A stretch of 64,000 nt of DNA from Epithemia pelagica (Eukaryota > Protista > Bacillariophyta). Below, one piece after another: positions 35,232-46,437 of the stretch (positions within the stretch are counted from its first letter, which is position 1; the number at the start of each line of letters is the position of its first letter). The translations under genes and the position numbers were made by a program. Location: contig OX337228.1 of the NCBI GenBank assembly GCA_946965045.2, forward strand, positions 992,001 to 1,056,000. The letters are read 5' to 3'. Under the pieces are notes generated by a model that saw only the letters and a program-made list of their open reading frames with translations, did not search any database and was not told where the DNA came from.

Positions 35232-35236
35232 TAGTA

Positions 35237-35831
35237 AGGGCTGGGTGTGTTCGGCTAAGTAGGCTCAGTACATTAAGCTACGTAGTACTATTTTCATCAC
35301 TGTAACAAGTGGGGCGAATGGTCACAAATCGAAAACTTGCTGCCACGAGAAACAATGCAATCCGGAAACCATCGCTCGACAATGGTGGAAGCCATCACCC
35401 CCATGGCAATAACTTCCTGAACAATTGAGCCTGCCTGAATCACTTCTAGAATAAGACTCTTTACTACTAGATCAACTATGCTTTCACTTTGATTCAGGCA
35501 CCCTTGAAAAATGAATGAGTTAGGAAGGTTTTTGGATTACATCACCACAGAAAAATGAGTATACCTTTTGATCCAACGCGACAAATCTTCTGTAGCTGCA
35601 GAACACAGTAATACTAGCAAACTCAAACAACTTACAGTAGTAGGATGTTGATGCGATGCATCGGTAAATGCATGCGGCATCAACGGATCTCGCCGTCATC
35701 GTGGAGTGTTTTTGCATCTTTTCGGACTTCCCACCATTTCAGGTATGACGTGTACTATGGGATTTTATGTACGCTACGTAGCTTTTGTACTGAACCTACT
35801 TAGCCGAACATGGATCGGCTTACCCAGCCCT
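35237..35831. mobile_element. ~600-bp MITE with ~55-bp imperfect TIRs, TA flanks
   Basis: agggctgggt..tgttcggctaagtaggctcagtaca..agctacgtag is mirrored at 35771-35831 with a 10-bp indel. TA at 35235-35236 and 35832-35833. Confidence 0.75.
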
Positions 35832-36298
35832 TACTCCACTCGCTTTCGCTGGTCGGGATGTCGGATGCGCCACTATTTATTCTTTCGATGCACTTTTGTG
35901 ACTACGTATACTTAGAGTAAGAGTGCCCGTCGGGTGACACAAAAACAGATGCAGCCTTTAAGTATCTCATACGTTGGGAAATAATGTGACACTCAGACAA
36001 GGATTTTTGTCTTGAATTGGGACAGATCTACACATACCTGCACACACTGTCAGTCAATCAGTGGATGGGTGCGCACCGGCCGGCGATTTCCAAAAAGACT
36101 TCGAATTTATGTGTGTTGCGAGCGTTCTCCAATCGTCTATCGAGAAGACACACACGAGAACATCATGCTTTGGAATCTTATCTGCTTTCTTCACTGTGCA
36201 TCGATTCACCAATAACGAGAACAACGAGAAAGACCCTTGTTTAGAAAAGTAATTGATTCGTTCAAGAGCCTATCCATGCTTGCAAGGCACTAGAGACA

Positions 36299-37311
36299 AT
36301 GGTTCGTCAAAATCCTCCTCGCCAGGCATCATCCTCTCCGTTGATGATGGAAGATGGCGGGTCTTCATCTGATTCGAATTCTGCCAGCGATCATCCGTTG
36401 GGTGACTCTAAGCCGATACCCTTTCTGAGGTATGTCAGAGCCTACAAGAGGGCCAACTTCTGGAAACGGATCTCAATGAATCATGCACCGGCCTTGTGTC
36501 AATGAACCGGTCATGCTTTGTTGAACTGTGTTTTGGCCCATCCATTTCCATCACGTGATTGCGACATTCTCATAATTGTTCTATTTCTTTTTCCCACTCA
36601 CCAACACTTTCACTTCAGACGCTTACGAGATATGCTTATCGAAAATGAAGATTCTATATCGTTTGTCCCTGGAAGTGAGTAGACCAGCACTGGTCGTGAT
36701 GCTTATTCGTCATGGTGATTGATCTCACTTCGTTTTCTTTCGTAGGACGTGCTCGAACGGGCGAGAACATCTCACTCGGACGAATCGTGGTTCATGATCG
36801 AATTAGAGTCGAAGCAACGGTCTTGCCAAAGTATTTCAATCATAGCAGTTTCGCCTCCTTGCGAAGGCAGTTGAACTACTTCAGATTTGTTCGTTTGGGC
36901 AAAGGGAGGCAACTTGAATCTACCTATGTGAATGACTGTGTGGTTGATCTGGACGATGTTCTGACGCTCAAGAGACGATCATCCACCTCCACGACTGTTA
37001 TGGAAGAACGACGAGCGAGAACAAAAGCAAACCGACGAGTCAGTGAGATCTCCGAGACTGGGATTCATGAGAAGGGACCGATACTATTCAACGAGATTTC
37101 AACATCTCCTGAACGGAAGAAAAGCTATCGGAAAGAGAATATTCCTCTTCGCGCGGATGGTCATACTTCCGGGGTCGTCATGGCTGTGGAATCTCGTGAA
37201 GGTGGGTTTTCCAATCGCAGCAGTTATAACGATCACGAAGAACTCTTGGCGGGGTGCCAAGCGTTGTTGGGTCTCTCTGGAAAGCAGTGGAACCCACATT
37301 CTGTGTCTTGA
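36299..37311 (+). CDS. Heat-shock factor (HSF-type DNA-binding domain) transcription factor
   Basis: Introns 36430-36618 (GTATGT...TTCAG) and 36675-36745 (GTGAGT...CGTAG) restore PFLRRLRDML...LPKYFNHSSFASLRRQLNYFRF. Confidence 0.88.
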
Positions 37312-37615
37312 TGTGTGTGACAAGAAGTGTCCTTTGTTTGTACTGTATTCATGTGACGAATGTTTTGTATGTATTAAGCATTTCTCTAGTAAATGGTATA
37401 TTTTTGTCAGTGACTTGTTGGTCGAGCTATTCTCGTCAGCGGTTTCCAACAGGCGAGCCAGACCCGAGCAAGGTTGTCCTGAGATGCCCAACCCTTCGGT
37501 CTCATTGAGCACGCCAAATCTGAAGATGGTCACTACCGACCGTAAAGTAGTCAGTTTGTTTACGATGATGCATATTCACACAAAACTGCATCAGAACCCC
37601 ATTCGAAATTGGCAA

Positions 37616-39181
37616 TCACTTCTTCCCTTGTGTGGTGAAAGCATACGAAGACGTAGCATGGGCACGCTGCTCAACTTCAATCGCCGCAGCCATAATGGCC
37701 GATGCTGTTTCCTCCGATGGGAGTAGTTTCGTGGTCATACCTGAGCTCGACGAAACTCCCGCGGCCTGTTGTTGTTCAAACAGTTGTTTACTAATTGGAA
37801 CCACACCCGGTAAGGAGGATCGAGAAAGTTCTCTCGAATGTTTCAAGTATGTTTCCTTGGTGTGATATTCATCGTGTAAAAGAGTCTCAATAGCATCCGT
37901 GACAATCGTGTGCGTTGCAGACTGCAAAGCCTGATCTACCAAAGGTGCTCTGGCCACTCGCTTGGAGTTGATCGGTGAGTTGGTTGAAGAAGTGCCCTTT
38001 CCTCCAACATTCCTTGAGCCGGAAGTCCGTAAGTTGAGCTTTTCGGAAGTCAAAGCATGGGCAAAGCTACGAATTTCATCGGACCTCCCTGACCTGTGCC
38101 GACCCGAATGATCTAGCTCATCACCACTGCTCGATTGAACGAGATGATCCGATCCAAACCTGGTGAGTGACCCATCCCAGGACATTCGTTTCTTCATGAT
38201 ATGCTGAGAAGAAACGGAAGTTGTGATGAAATCCGAGTTTCTGCGCCTCATGGTTGAGCTAGAGGGAGATAGCCTTCGCTTCGATTGTTGTCCAGGGGAT
38301 GATAACGAGAAAGAGGGTGGATTCTCCACCTTTTCGGTTGGTGGTGCTTTGTACTCAAACATAGCTTTTTCCGGAAGTGCCGATAGCCTGGCATCCGTTG
38401 GAGACTCTCCAAACCGAATAGCTTCGCATAACTTCCATTCTCCTTTGATGAACTTGGGGTGACGAAAGACTTCCACATTGATCACCATATCTTCTTCATA
38501 GTCCGATTTCGGTTCTGCTGTCGGAGAGGGCGGGTGGTTATCAACTTCGTGTAGAATTCGACTGAATCCCCAGTCATGCAAAAGCAACAGGAACTCCTGC
38601 CATGACGAACATTCAAAGTATTTTGGCATAAGTTCGTCGGTAAATTTCTTGGCTCGCGTAGCAAAGAATTTTCCATCCGGTAAGAATGCTATAATGTCTT
38701 CGTTGTTTGGATCTAGAGCCAGTGACATGAGGATGGTTGGGAAAGTTTTTGCTTTACTTGCATCCGGCTGCTCTGGTAGCATGAGAGGCGTGGTATTAGC
38801 GCTAGGTTTGGAGGGGTTATCGCTCTTTCTATCTGGGTCATCCTTAGCATCGTCTTGTGTTAGCCCTCCGTGTGACGAAGCCGAGACTGCTCGAAGATGT
38901 TGGTGATTCTCCTTACAACTTTCTATGTTTTGTCTCGCAGCTCGAGTTTTTTCTTCCTCGATCAAGTCAGCGAGCTGCGCTGTTGCCGCTTGAATCAAGG
39001 CAGACAATCCTGAAGGTATATCACGCCTCTTGTGAGACTCTGTGATGGATTCACCACTCCCCGTTTCATCAAACGATACGCTGTGACCTCTGGCAACGGT
39101 TTCGTCGTCATTGTCGGCTGACGACGAGGGCGAAATGGATGGCTGTTGCGTCTTTCTAGCTTTCTTCCGTAATGTTGGCAT
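37616..39181 (-). CDS. HSF-type DNA-binding domain transcription factor
   Basis: TFPTILMSL...IIAFLPDGKFF...MPKYFECSSWQEFLLLLHDWGFSRI...FRHPKFIKG. Confidence 0.85.
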   Translation of the reverse strand: MPTLRKKARKTQQPSISPSSSADNDDETVARGHSVSFDETGSGESITESHKRRDIPSGLSALIQAATAQLADLIEEEKTRAARQNIESCKENHQHLRAVSASSHGGLTQDDAKDDPDRKSDNPSKPSANTTPLMLPEQPDASKAKTFPTILMSLALDPNNEDIIAFLPDGKFFATRAKKFTDELMPKYFECSSWQEFLLLLHDWGFSRILHEVDNHPPSPTAEPKSDYEEDMVINVEVFRHPKFIKGEWKLCEAIRFGESPTDARLSALPEKAMFEYKAPPTEKVENPPSFSLSSPGQQSKRRLSPSSSTMRRRNSDFITTSVSSQHIMKKRMSWDGSLTRFGSDHLVQSSSGDELDHSGRHRSGRSDEIRSFAHALTSEKLNLRTSGSRNVGGKGTSSTNSPINSKRVARAPLVDQALQSATHTIVTDAIETLLHDEYHTKETYLKHSRELSRSSLPGVVPISKQLFEQQQAAGVSSSSGMTTKLLPSEETASAIMAAAIEVEQRAHATSSYAFTTQGKK

Positions 39182-40413
39182 TGTTTCGGAAATGCTTCAT
39201 GGAGGAGTCTTTCCCATTTCGCCACAAAACAGTTTAGCCAACAGTCACAAATCGTGAAGCCAAAAACTAGGCAAAGCAAGTCATATGGCTTGATGTCCAG
39301 CGATGGTCATTGCCACGAAATGGCGTTATAGTCCGAGGGTACACTGGAATAGATATGGCTTATTAAATCGTTCATCGGCACTCTGTAGGGTGCAAATGTC
39401 CTCGATAATCGCCGCTGTCTTCTGTCTTGCCCGTTGCGCGCATTCCTGCGTTCGCACTTGTCGCACTTCGCACTCTTCACTCCATTCAGTCGAGTCCCGA
39501 ACGACATGGACAAGTCACGAACATCCTCCTTCAAAACTGGGTACTCCTACCTACCTATTCGACCTCTATTCGACCTCTATTCGACCTAGGAGTATTCGCT
39601 ATTCGACGATGAAGAATGAAGACAAGATGATAGGAGTATCTAATTATAATATTCGTAGGAGTAGACACTCATTTTTTCGTTTCTTCGCTTCTCCCATCTT
39701 GGATAACAATAAAACATGGCTATGGCATGTGCGGTATGAATTACGGATACGGCTCCACCAGTAAAAGGTACATGCTTGATGCTTGTGGCTCCATTATTTG
39801 CAGTCACTACAGATGTTGCGTTCACGTCCTTCTTGTTGGGAACCAATGATGTACTTTCCGAGAACAAAGGAATCGAGAGAAAATGGAGCATGCGTTCCAC
39901 TACCTCTCTAGAGTAGAGGCCCATTCCATGACCGAGACCCTAATCTACATGTAGGTGCTCCAATAAGGAGGTGCAGTCGGAAACAAGCAATGTGCTCCTG
40001 GAACAGGAAACAGGATGCAGTCTTTTGATTTGTCACATGTTCTCCTTGGTTGTCCCGTCACGGAACTGAGAACTGATGCACTGGCAAGCTACTCGTAATA
40101 GAGGCAGATCCTAGAACTAGAAAGTAGCTGTGGATGTGTGTGCATGTGTCGTTCTTCTTCGTTACACCGGTTCTCTATTGGTAGTATTGTAGCTAGAACC
40201 ATGATGATGATGATGATGATGATGATGGTGGTGGAGAGTGGCGACGAAGTTTCGTGGCGGACGCCCCTTGTCATTGATCCAATGTAGGTATTGATACTGG
40301 GGACGGTCACGGTTGTGGTTTCCCCCACTCCCCAACAATCATCAACCACCATGACAGAACCAAGATTCGTCCCCGCAAGCCTGGTCTTCCTCCGTTTCGT
40401 GGTGGACGACTGT

Positions 40414-41097
40414 TCAACGTCGATTCCGTTGCGTGGTTGCCATACCACTACTGTCTTGTTGTTGTTGTTGTGGTTGTTGTTGTTGTTGTTGTCGCGGTGA
40501 ATACGGAAGATATGGAAGGAGAGAGACGTAGAACAATGGAAGGTTCTCATCGACGTCCGTTCGTGTCGGAGTGAGGCTGCTGCTGTTGTGGTTGTTGTTG
40601 TTATGGCTGTCGCGGCCCTCGAGTTGTTCTTGTGCTTGTTGTTCTTCCTCCCACCGCAGCAGGGTCGTTGCAGCGTGGGAAAGATCCACATGGGCACTGC
40701 AACTTGTTGGTGGTGATGAAGATGCTTCTTCTTTGGTTCGGCACTGGACAGTGGCGGATGCATAAAAAATGGTTCGAAAGACGAGCGGCAAGTTGGCAAA
40801 GTCTTGTCGTCGTTGTGTTGTGGCACCAAGACGTTTCAGGAGTTGGACAAATTCGTGTCGGTCCAATTGGCCGTCCCCATTCTCATCCACGACATGGATC
40901 AATGTATAAAGAAAGGTTTGATAGGAAAAGAAAGGAGGATTCTCCATTCTCTGGGAGTCGACCCAAGGATGGTCGGTCGCAGGGTCAGAAGAGATCCCTC
41001 CCACTTGGATCACCCCGAAAAGAAGAAGAAGAAGAATCCATACCACTCCTTGGAGGATGAATCCAGTCCAAACAACTCCTCTACGACTCGTGGTCAT
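40414..41097 (-). CDS. Secreted/membrane EF-hand protein (possibly frameshifted near 40540)
   Basis: N-terminal hydrophobic segment and EF-hand loop DENGDGQLDRHEF. An overlapping frame continues to 40089 with a hydrophobic tail. Confidence 0.6.
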   Translation of the reverse strand: MTTSRRGVVWTGFILQGVVWILLLLLFGVIQVGGISSDPATDHPWVDSQRMENPPFFSYQTFLYTLIHVVDENGDGQLDRHEFVQLLKRLGATTQRRQDFANLPLVFRTIFYASATVQCRTKEEASSSPPTSCSAHVDLSHAATTLLRWEEEQQAQEQLEGRDSHNNNNHNSSSLTPTRTDVDENLPLFYVSLLPYLPYSPRQQQQQQPQQQQQDSSGMATTQRNRR

Positions 41098-41966
41098 GAC
41101 AGCCCTTTGCTTCCTTTGAAGAATAGACATTATCCTCAAGGTGGAGGACGAGAAGATGCTCCAAACAGTGGCCGAGAACTCGATTCAACATTAGTTTGTG
41201 AGAACACATCCCGTGGAAAGTTTGTGGTGCCTGCCAGCTCGGACTCCCGCCATGACCAACGGATCGAAAAAAGTTTATCTCGTGCACGTGCACGCAATGG
41301 TGCAATCTCGTTGGGCAATGGCGCTGCACAGCGCCATTGAACGAAGTACTACTATTGTATTCGGAAGGGAGACGACCATGCGATATCTCCGATTAAGGTA
41401 ACGCACGCACGCCGATAGTCATGCAGGCGCGCGGAAGTCCACCCACAAAAAATCAAAAGAAACGCATGATTCATTCCACAGTCGGTAAAAGAGAAGAAGG
41501 TGGAGCGGTGCGCTCTCTCAAGAAACGAGAAGGAGATGCTCCACCAGCACACCACCACCACCACAGATAGCACCATCTACACATCAAATAATCGCCTTCG
41601 ATTCGTCTTTGGGATCGTGTTGCGCGTTGCCTTTCCGTTGCGGCCATTGAAAGTGTCATCGTGCTCCTGCTTTTGTGTGTGTATTTCCGGTGTTTGTTTT
41701 CACTTTCAGCTGCAGCAGGAAGAAACCAACATTCACAATTTGCATTGGTGTAGAATCACCATCAAATAATCATCTGTCACGTCTCCTCTCTCCGCAATGG
41801 CCAGAGACTGTGTCCCAACCACGATCCACCATTGACGACGACAACCACCATCACAACTCGTGTCTGGAATTTTCCCACACAACCAACAAGACAAGTTTTT
41901 GAACTCCAGACCAAGAGCAAGTGGTTTCAGTTTGTTTTGGATTGTTGCGAGAACGACGGCTGAAAC

Positions 41967-44900
41967 ATGGATTCCTTCTCGACAACAACGACAACGACAT
42001 CATCACCGACGGCTTCGAATCCAGCGCTCAAGGAAAGTCCTTCGACGGCATCCTTTTATGCCTCGTCTCCCGAACTGTCCGTCGGTCCGCGAGGAACGAC
42101 GACCACAACCGTACGCCCAGGACCCTCTCGACGTGTCACACCGACAGCAGGAGGAGGAGGAGGTGAGGAAGATTCCTCGTCGTCCTTGGTAGCCGCAATG
42201 GGACAATCGCACTATCCACAACAACAACAGCAGCAACAACCACCACATGTTCCACCACCGCCGCCTTCCATGTTGCCCTTTCGATCGAATCCGTCTCTCA
42301 GTCATTCGACGCGAAGTGTCGATTCGTCCGAAGGCGAAGAGGCCAGTGTGGGTAGTTTTGTTCGAACCCATCCTCCCTTGCATTCTCCTCTGCATCCTGC
42401 ACCACCACCACCGCAATCCTCTCCGCAACATGCTAACCACAACAACAACAACAATATGTTTTATCCGCGGCACGAACGATTGCCCAGCTTTGACAGTTTG
42501 GGAAGTTCCGGCTCCTTTTTGCATGTCGGAGCCGCCTCGAATCGCACGTCACCTCATCATGCTCCCGGAGGAGGAGGAGGATTTTTTCCACAACATCCAC
42601 AACAGCAACACGCCTATCCACCCACGCTCAACATTGGGCACTTGCCCTATCATGAACGACGAAGACTCATGGAACAACGGCAGCGACAACAACAACAACA
42701 ACAAGAAGGTGGTGATGCTCCCCATGGTCCCTCTCGAATCATGGCCGTGAACCATGCACCACCTTATCCACCAGCAGCACCACCATCCTCCTCCTCCTAT
42801 GCGTTGGGTGCCCCTCCTCCACGTCCTCCCAGTAGTACGAGTGCGGGTGGAGGAATTCCTCCTCCTCCTCCGCTTTCTCCACTTTCTCCACAAGCCGCAC
42901 CGTATGGACGATCCACACTCAATGCCTTTCCACCACCACCCTATCCGTATCCTCCTCGAGAAGCGGCTGCTCCACCACCACCACACCCAGTATTGGCGGT
43001 GCCACCCTTGTCTCATTATGCTCCACCGCAAACACAACCACTGGCACCACCACCACCGTCCTTGACCAAACCGGTGCCACCCGTCGATGGTACTACTACC
43101 CACCAGCACCACCACAAGTCCTCTTCTTCCTCGGCGGCGTCCTATCCCTTTCCCTATCCACCACCTCCCCGAGGCTATGCGACGGGTCCCATTCCTCCTC
43201 CTCCGTCTCTGTACAACACGACCGTACCCTCACATCCACCGCACTATGTCATGGGAGGTTCCGTGTCGTCGTTTGAATCCATGGACTTGTTGTTGTTTCA
43301 ACAGCAACAACAACAGCAGCAAGGACGACAGGTGCCACCACCGCCGCCTCCGCCACCCCCACCACCGCCATTGTCCAATCCACGGCCCTCGTCGTCATCC
43401 TCCTCATCCTCGTCCTCATCGTCCTCCAGTGAAGAGGAGGAAGAAGAAGAGGGTAGCACGGACGACGACGACGAAACGAGCAGTGAAGAGTCGTGGCAAC
43501 GAGAACGGACCCAACGGACGGGCAATTTCTTTTCCCGCTTGTTTGGAGGTCAGAAAAAACAATCACAGCCATCTTTCTCGACACAACGAAACCAACCAGA
43601 ACAACAACAACAATCGTCACAACCTACGGTGGATGACTATCATCGAAACAACCAAGCCTTTTTGCGACGACTCGAACAATCCAAGCAACAACAAAGTCAG
43701 AATACTACGACGAGTCCCGATGTCTTTGCACATTTTCGCAGCGTTCCACACAGTCCTCGATCGAGTTCGCCCGTGGGTGGACGAACGCCGCCCCTGAGTC
43801 GGGGAACCCACAAACGATTGACAGCCATTGAACACGACGATTGGGAGGAGACGGCGGATCGTCGACGGCCGCGTCGACGTGGTGGTGGTGAGGAAACGGA
43901 ACGGACGCCATTGTTGCCACCCTCGGGCATTAGTTCCAAAGAATCCATGGATCGACAACACCAACAACACCAACCATCCTCCTATCGATACATGTCCGCA
44001 CAAACCAATGCCCAACCACAACAACCACAGTTGCAGTCGCCGGGGATTTACGAACCACCCTCGGGGCAACGGTCCTTTGAAGCTCCCAGTGATCGAACGC
44101 AACTCGTATGGAAACGAGATCAAGAACGATTAATGGAACAGGATCGACAAGCCTTGTTGCATCAATGGACGACCAAATCATCGACCTTATCGTCGTCAGC
44201 AGGGCCCTTTTCGGAGCGGTTGCTGGGCATGGTCAAATTTGTACGATGGGCCGAAGCCTTTTTGGCCAATCTTCCCCTGACCATTGGTGGAATCGCCTTG
44301 AGCATTGCCCTTCTCGGTGTTGTCTGGTTCAAATTTGTCGAAGAAACCGTGGACACTTGTCAACCCGTTCATTTTCATTCCAGTCAATGTACCTTTCCGG
44401 AATTTGCCGGCTGCTTTTATTGCGATACCAGCAATCGCATCTATCAAATTGCCCTTCATTTTCATCAAACGTGTTCGGCGGTGGCGGGCTTGTTGATTGT
44501 CTTGGTACTCTGCAAACTCGTCTTGGCCCGATTGGTGGTGTTTGATGAATTGAGTTCGCCCACGACGGCCACACCGGCGGGTCTCATTTGCATGACCATT
44601 GATGTCGTCTTTGCGGGTCGAGGGTTGGTGGGAGAAATGGCTGTCTTGACCGCCAGTAGTATTCATTTGGGTTTGGCTGTCTGGTTTATTTACATGGCCT
44701 TGGTGTATCATATCATGCCCGAACCTAGTTGGTTCCCTAACACGGTCAGCATTGGTGCCAGTGCCGTCAAGACGTGGCTGTACTATCCCATGGCGGGACA
44801 TTTCCTCATGGCCGTGTCCTTGTCGCTCAACTTTTTGTTTTTTCCCATTAGTTTGATTCGAGTGGCGATTAATCGAAAAATTTCGGCCACGGTCGCTTGG

Positions 44901-45815
44901 ATGCAAATGACGGCTCCCAATGTGAGTTTGTGTGCCTTGGCACTCATGGCACAACCATCCTTTACGGAAGAACATCCGGATGAAACTACCTTTCAAGTCG
45001 TTCACCGGATGGTCTACCTACCCTGCATGCATTTCTTGTTTGGAATGTGCATGTTGGGTATGTTTGCCAGTGTCTTGAGTTTGGCGGTCCGATGGCGTGA
45101 GTTTTCCAAGTTGCCCTTTTCCCCGGCTCACGCCGCCTTTTGTGCGCCCACCTTGTCGCATGCCAATGCCATTCAATCCTATCGAAGTGCGGTCGATGCC
45201 TTTTCGACTCTGGCACCGGGCAGTCCTCTCAAGATTGTCTTGTATTGCTATTGGGTCTTTGTCTTGGTATGCTGTACCGTCATTACCGTGTGCATTGCTA
45301 TTCGATTTCTCTGCAAACTTCCCGAATGGACGCACATTGATACGACGGATGAAGTAGAGCCACCGGCACCGGGGGAAACGGCCATGATATCCTCTCATTT
45401 GTTGTCGACGGGCGAAACCTTGGTCCAACCCTTTGTCAGTCCCGCCATTTTGCAGGCCAATGAAACGGGAGCCTTGGTCTTTTCCCGCAATCAAGCCGGC
45501 AATCAAATCTTTCGTCGAACTCGAAAGGTGACCGCCTTGGGGTTTGAACCAATCATGAGCGAATTGCAAATGGACTTTGAACGAGAGTTGTTGTTGGAAT
45601 GGGTGGCCCAAAATCCACCCCGCCGTCGTCATCGGACCTTGTCGGTTCCCGGTGTCGAGTATTATGGCAGTGATAGTTTGGGAACGGGCAATTCCGGAGT
45701 CTTTTCGGGAGAAGGGTCGTCGCCCTGGGCGGCGGCTCGGCCCCGGGCCAATACCTCCTCACCCTATGTGGCCCCAAAAAAGACGGTGGTTGCACGGAGT
45801 ACCAGTGGAGCGTGA
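41967..45815 (+). CDS. SLAC1/TDT (TehA/malate transporter-like) anion channel with long Pro/Gln-rich N-terminus
   Basis: About 10 hydrophobic segments. Motifs DELSSPTTATPAGLICMT, PEPSWFPNTVSIG and FSPAHAAFCAPTLSHANA. Confidence 0.85.
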   Translation: MDSFSTTTTTTSSPTASNPALKESPSTASFYASSPELSVGPRGTTTTTVRPGPSRRVTPTAGGGGGEEDSSSSLVAAMGQSHYPQQQQQQQPPHVPPPPPSMLPFRSNPSLSHSTRSVDSSEGEEASVGSFVRTHPPLHSPLHPAPPPPQSSPQHANHNNNNNMFYPRHERLPSFDSLGSSGSFLHVGAASNRTSPHHAPGGGGGFFPQHPQQQHAYPPTLNIGHLPYHERRRLMEQRQRQQQQQQEGGDAPHGPSRIMAVNHAPPYPPAAPPSSSSYALGAPPPRPPSSTSAGGGIPPPPPLSPLSPQAAPYGRSTLNAFPPPPYPYPPREAAAPPPPHPVLAVPPLSHYAPPQTQPLAPPPPSLTKPVPPVDGTTTHQHHHKSSSSSAASYPFPYPPPPRGYATGPIPPPPSLYNTTVPSHPPHYVMGGSVSSFESMDLLLFQQQQQQQQGRQVPPPPPPPPPPPPLSNPRPSSSSSSSSSSSSSSEEEEEEEGSTDDDDETSSEESWQRERTQRTGNFFSRLFGGQKKQSQPSFSTQRNQPEQQQQSSQPTVDDYHRNNQAFLRRLEQSKQQQSQNTTTSPDVFAHFRSVPHSPRSSSPVGGRTPPLSRGTHKRLTAIEHDDWEETADRRRPRRRGGGEETERTPLLPPSGISSKESMDRQHQQHQPSSYRYMSAQTNAQPQQPQLQSPGIYEPPSGQRSFEAPSDRTQLVWKRDQERLMEQDRQALLHQWTTKSSTLSSSAGPFSERLLGMVKFVRWAEAFLANLPLTIGGIALSIALLGVVWFKFVEETVDTCQPVHFHSSQCTFPEFAGCFYCDTSNRIYQIALHFHQTCSAVAGLLIVLVLCKLVLARLVVFDELSSPTTATPAGLICMTIDVVFAGRGLVGEMAVLTASSIHLGLAVWFIYMALVYHIMPEPSWFPNTVSIGASAVKTWLYYPMAGHFLMAVSLSLNFLFFPISLIRVAINRKISATVAWMQMTAPNVSLCALALMAQPSFTEEHPDETTFQVVHRMVYLPCMHFLFGMCMLGMFASVLSLAVRWREFSKLPFSPAHAAFCAPTLSHANAIQSYRSAVDAFSTLAPGSPLKIVLYCYWVFVLVCCTVITVCIAIRFLCKLPEWTHIDTTDEVEPPAPGETAMISSHLLSTGETLVQPFVSPAILQANETGALVFSRNQAGNQIFRRTRKVTALGFEPIMSELQMDFERELLLEWVAQNPPRRRHRTLSVPGVEYYGSDSLGTGNSGVFSGEGSSPWAAARPRANTSSPYVAPKKTVVARSTSGA

Positions 45816-46322
45816 GGTGATACCACCCACGAAGGATCTTCGAAAAAAGTCCGTCGAGCATTGCAGTGGTGGTTGTGGTCCTTTCTCTCGTCCCGTGCGC
45901 GCGGTACCTACTCGAGTAGAACACACTTGTTTCCCATGGTCCGCTACCGGCAGGGCCTACTACAAAGATATGGGTCACGACGCCCGTAATTCTAGTGTCT
46001 CTCTGGACTTATGTTTTACCGACTCATTGGAATAGGATTTTACCTGTGAGTTTGCACCCTCAAACAGTGTTCCATGGTACCCCAGAACATCCATGTAGCA
46101 TCGGGGGTTGCTTGGCGTGGAGTTTCTGACGTGGAGTGTTTCCTGACCCAACCGTGTCGTCGAGCGGAGAAACCAAAGAAGCAACATATGCCAGTGACGG
46201 TCCTCCCCCACAAGAATGGAATGCTCCCAGTGGGACCGTCGGTTCGTTAGGTAACGTTTGAGAGCACTAAAAAAAAACGCCATGGCACGGAGATTGCACG
46301 TCTTCTCGTGACCGTTGCAACC

Positions 46323-46323
<1 letters not shown>

Positions 46324-46354
<31 letters not shown>

Positions 46355-46396
46355 ACTCTCCATGGGGTATCCTACTAGGACGGAACATCCATCTAT

Positions 46397-46434
<38 letters not shown>
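46324..46434. repeat. Two (AG)n microsatellites: (AG)14 at 46324-46351 and (AG)18 at 46399-46434
   Basis: Seen directly, between two convergent genes. Confidence 0.95.

Positions 46435-46437
<3 letters not shown>

Noticed and set aside
39555-39587. (ctattcgacct)3 mini-repeat
   Set aside because: Simple slippage-type repeat with no supporting context.
42003-45632. Several 150-270 aa antisense or alternative-frame ORFs over the SLAC1-like gene
   Set aside because: Shadow ORFs expected from GC-rich, low-complexity coding sequence.
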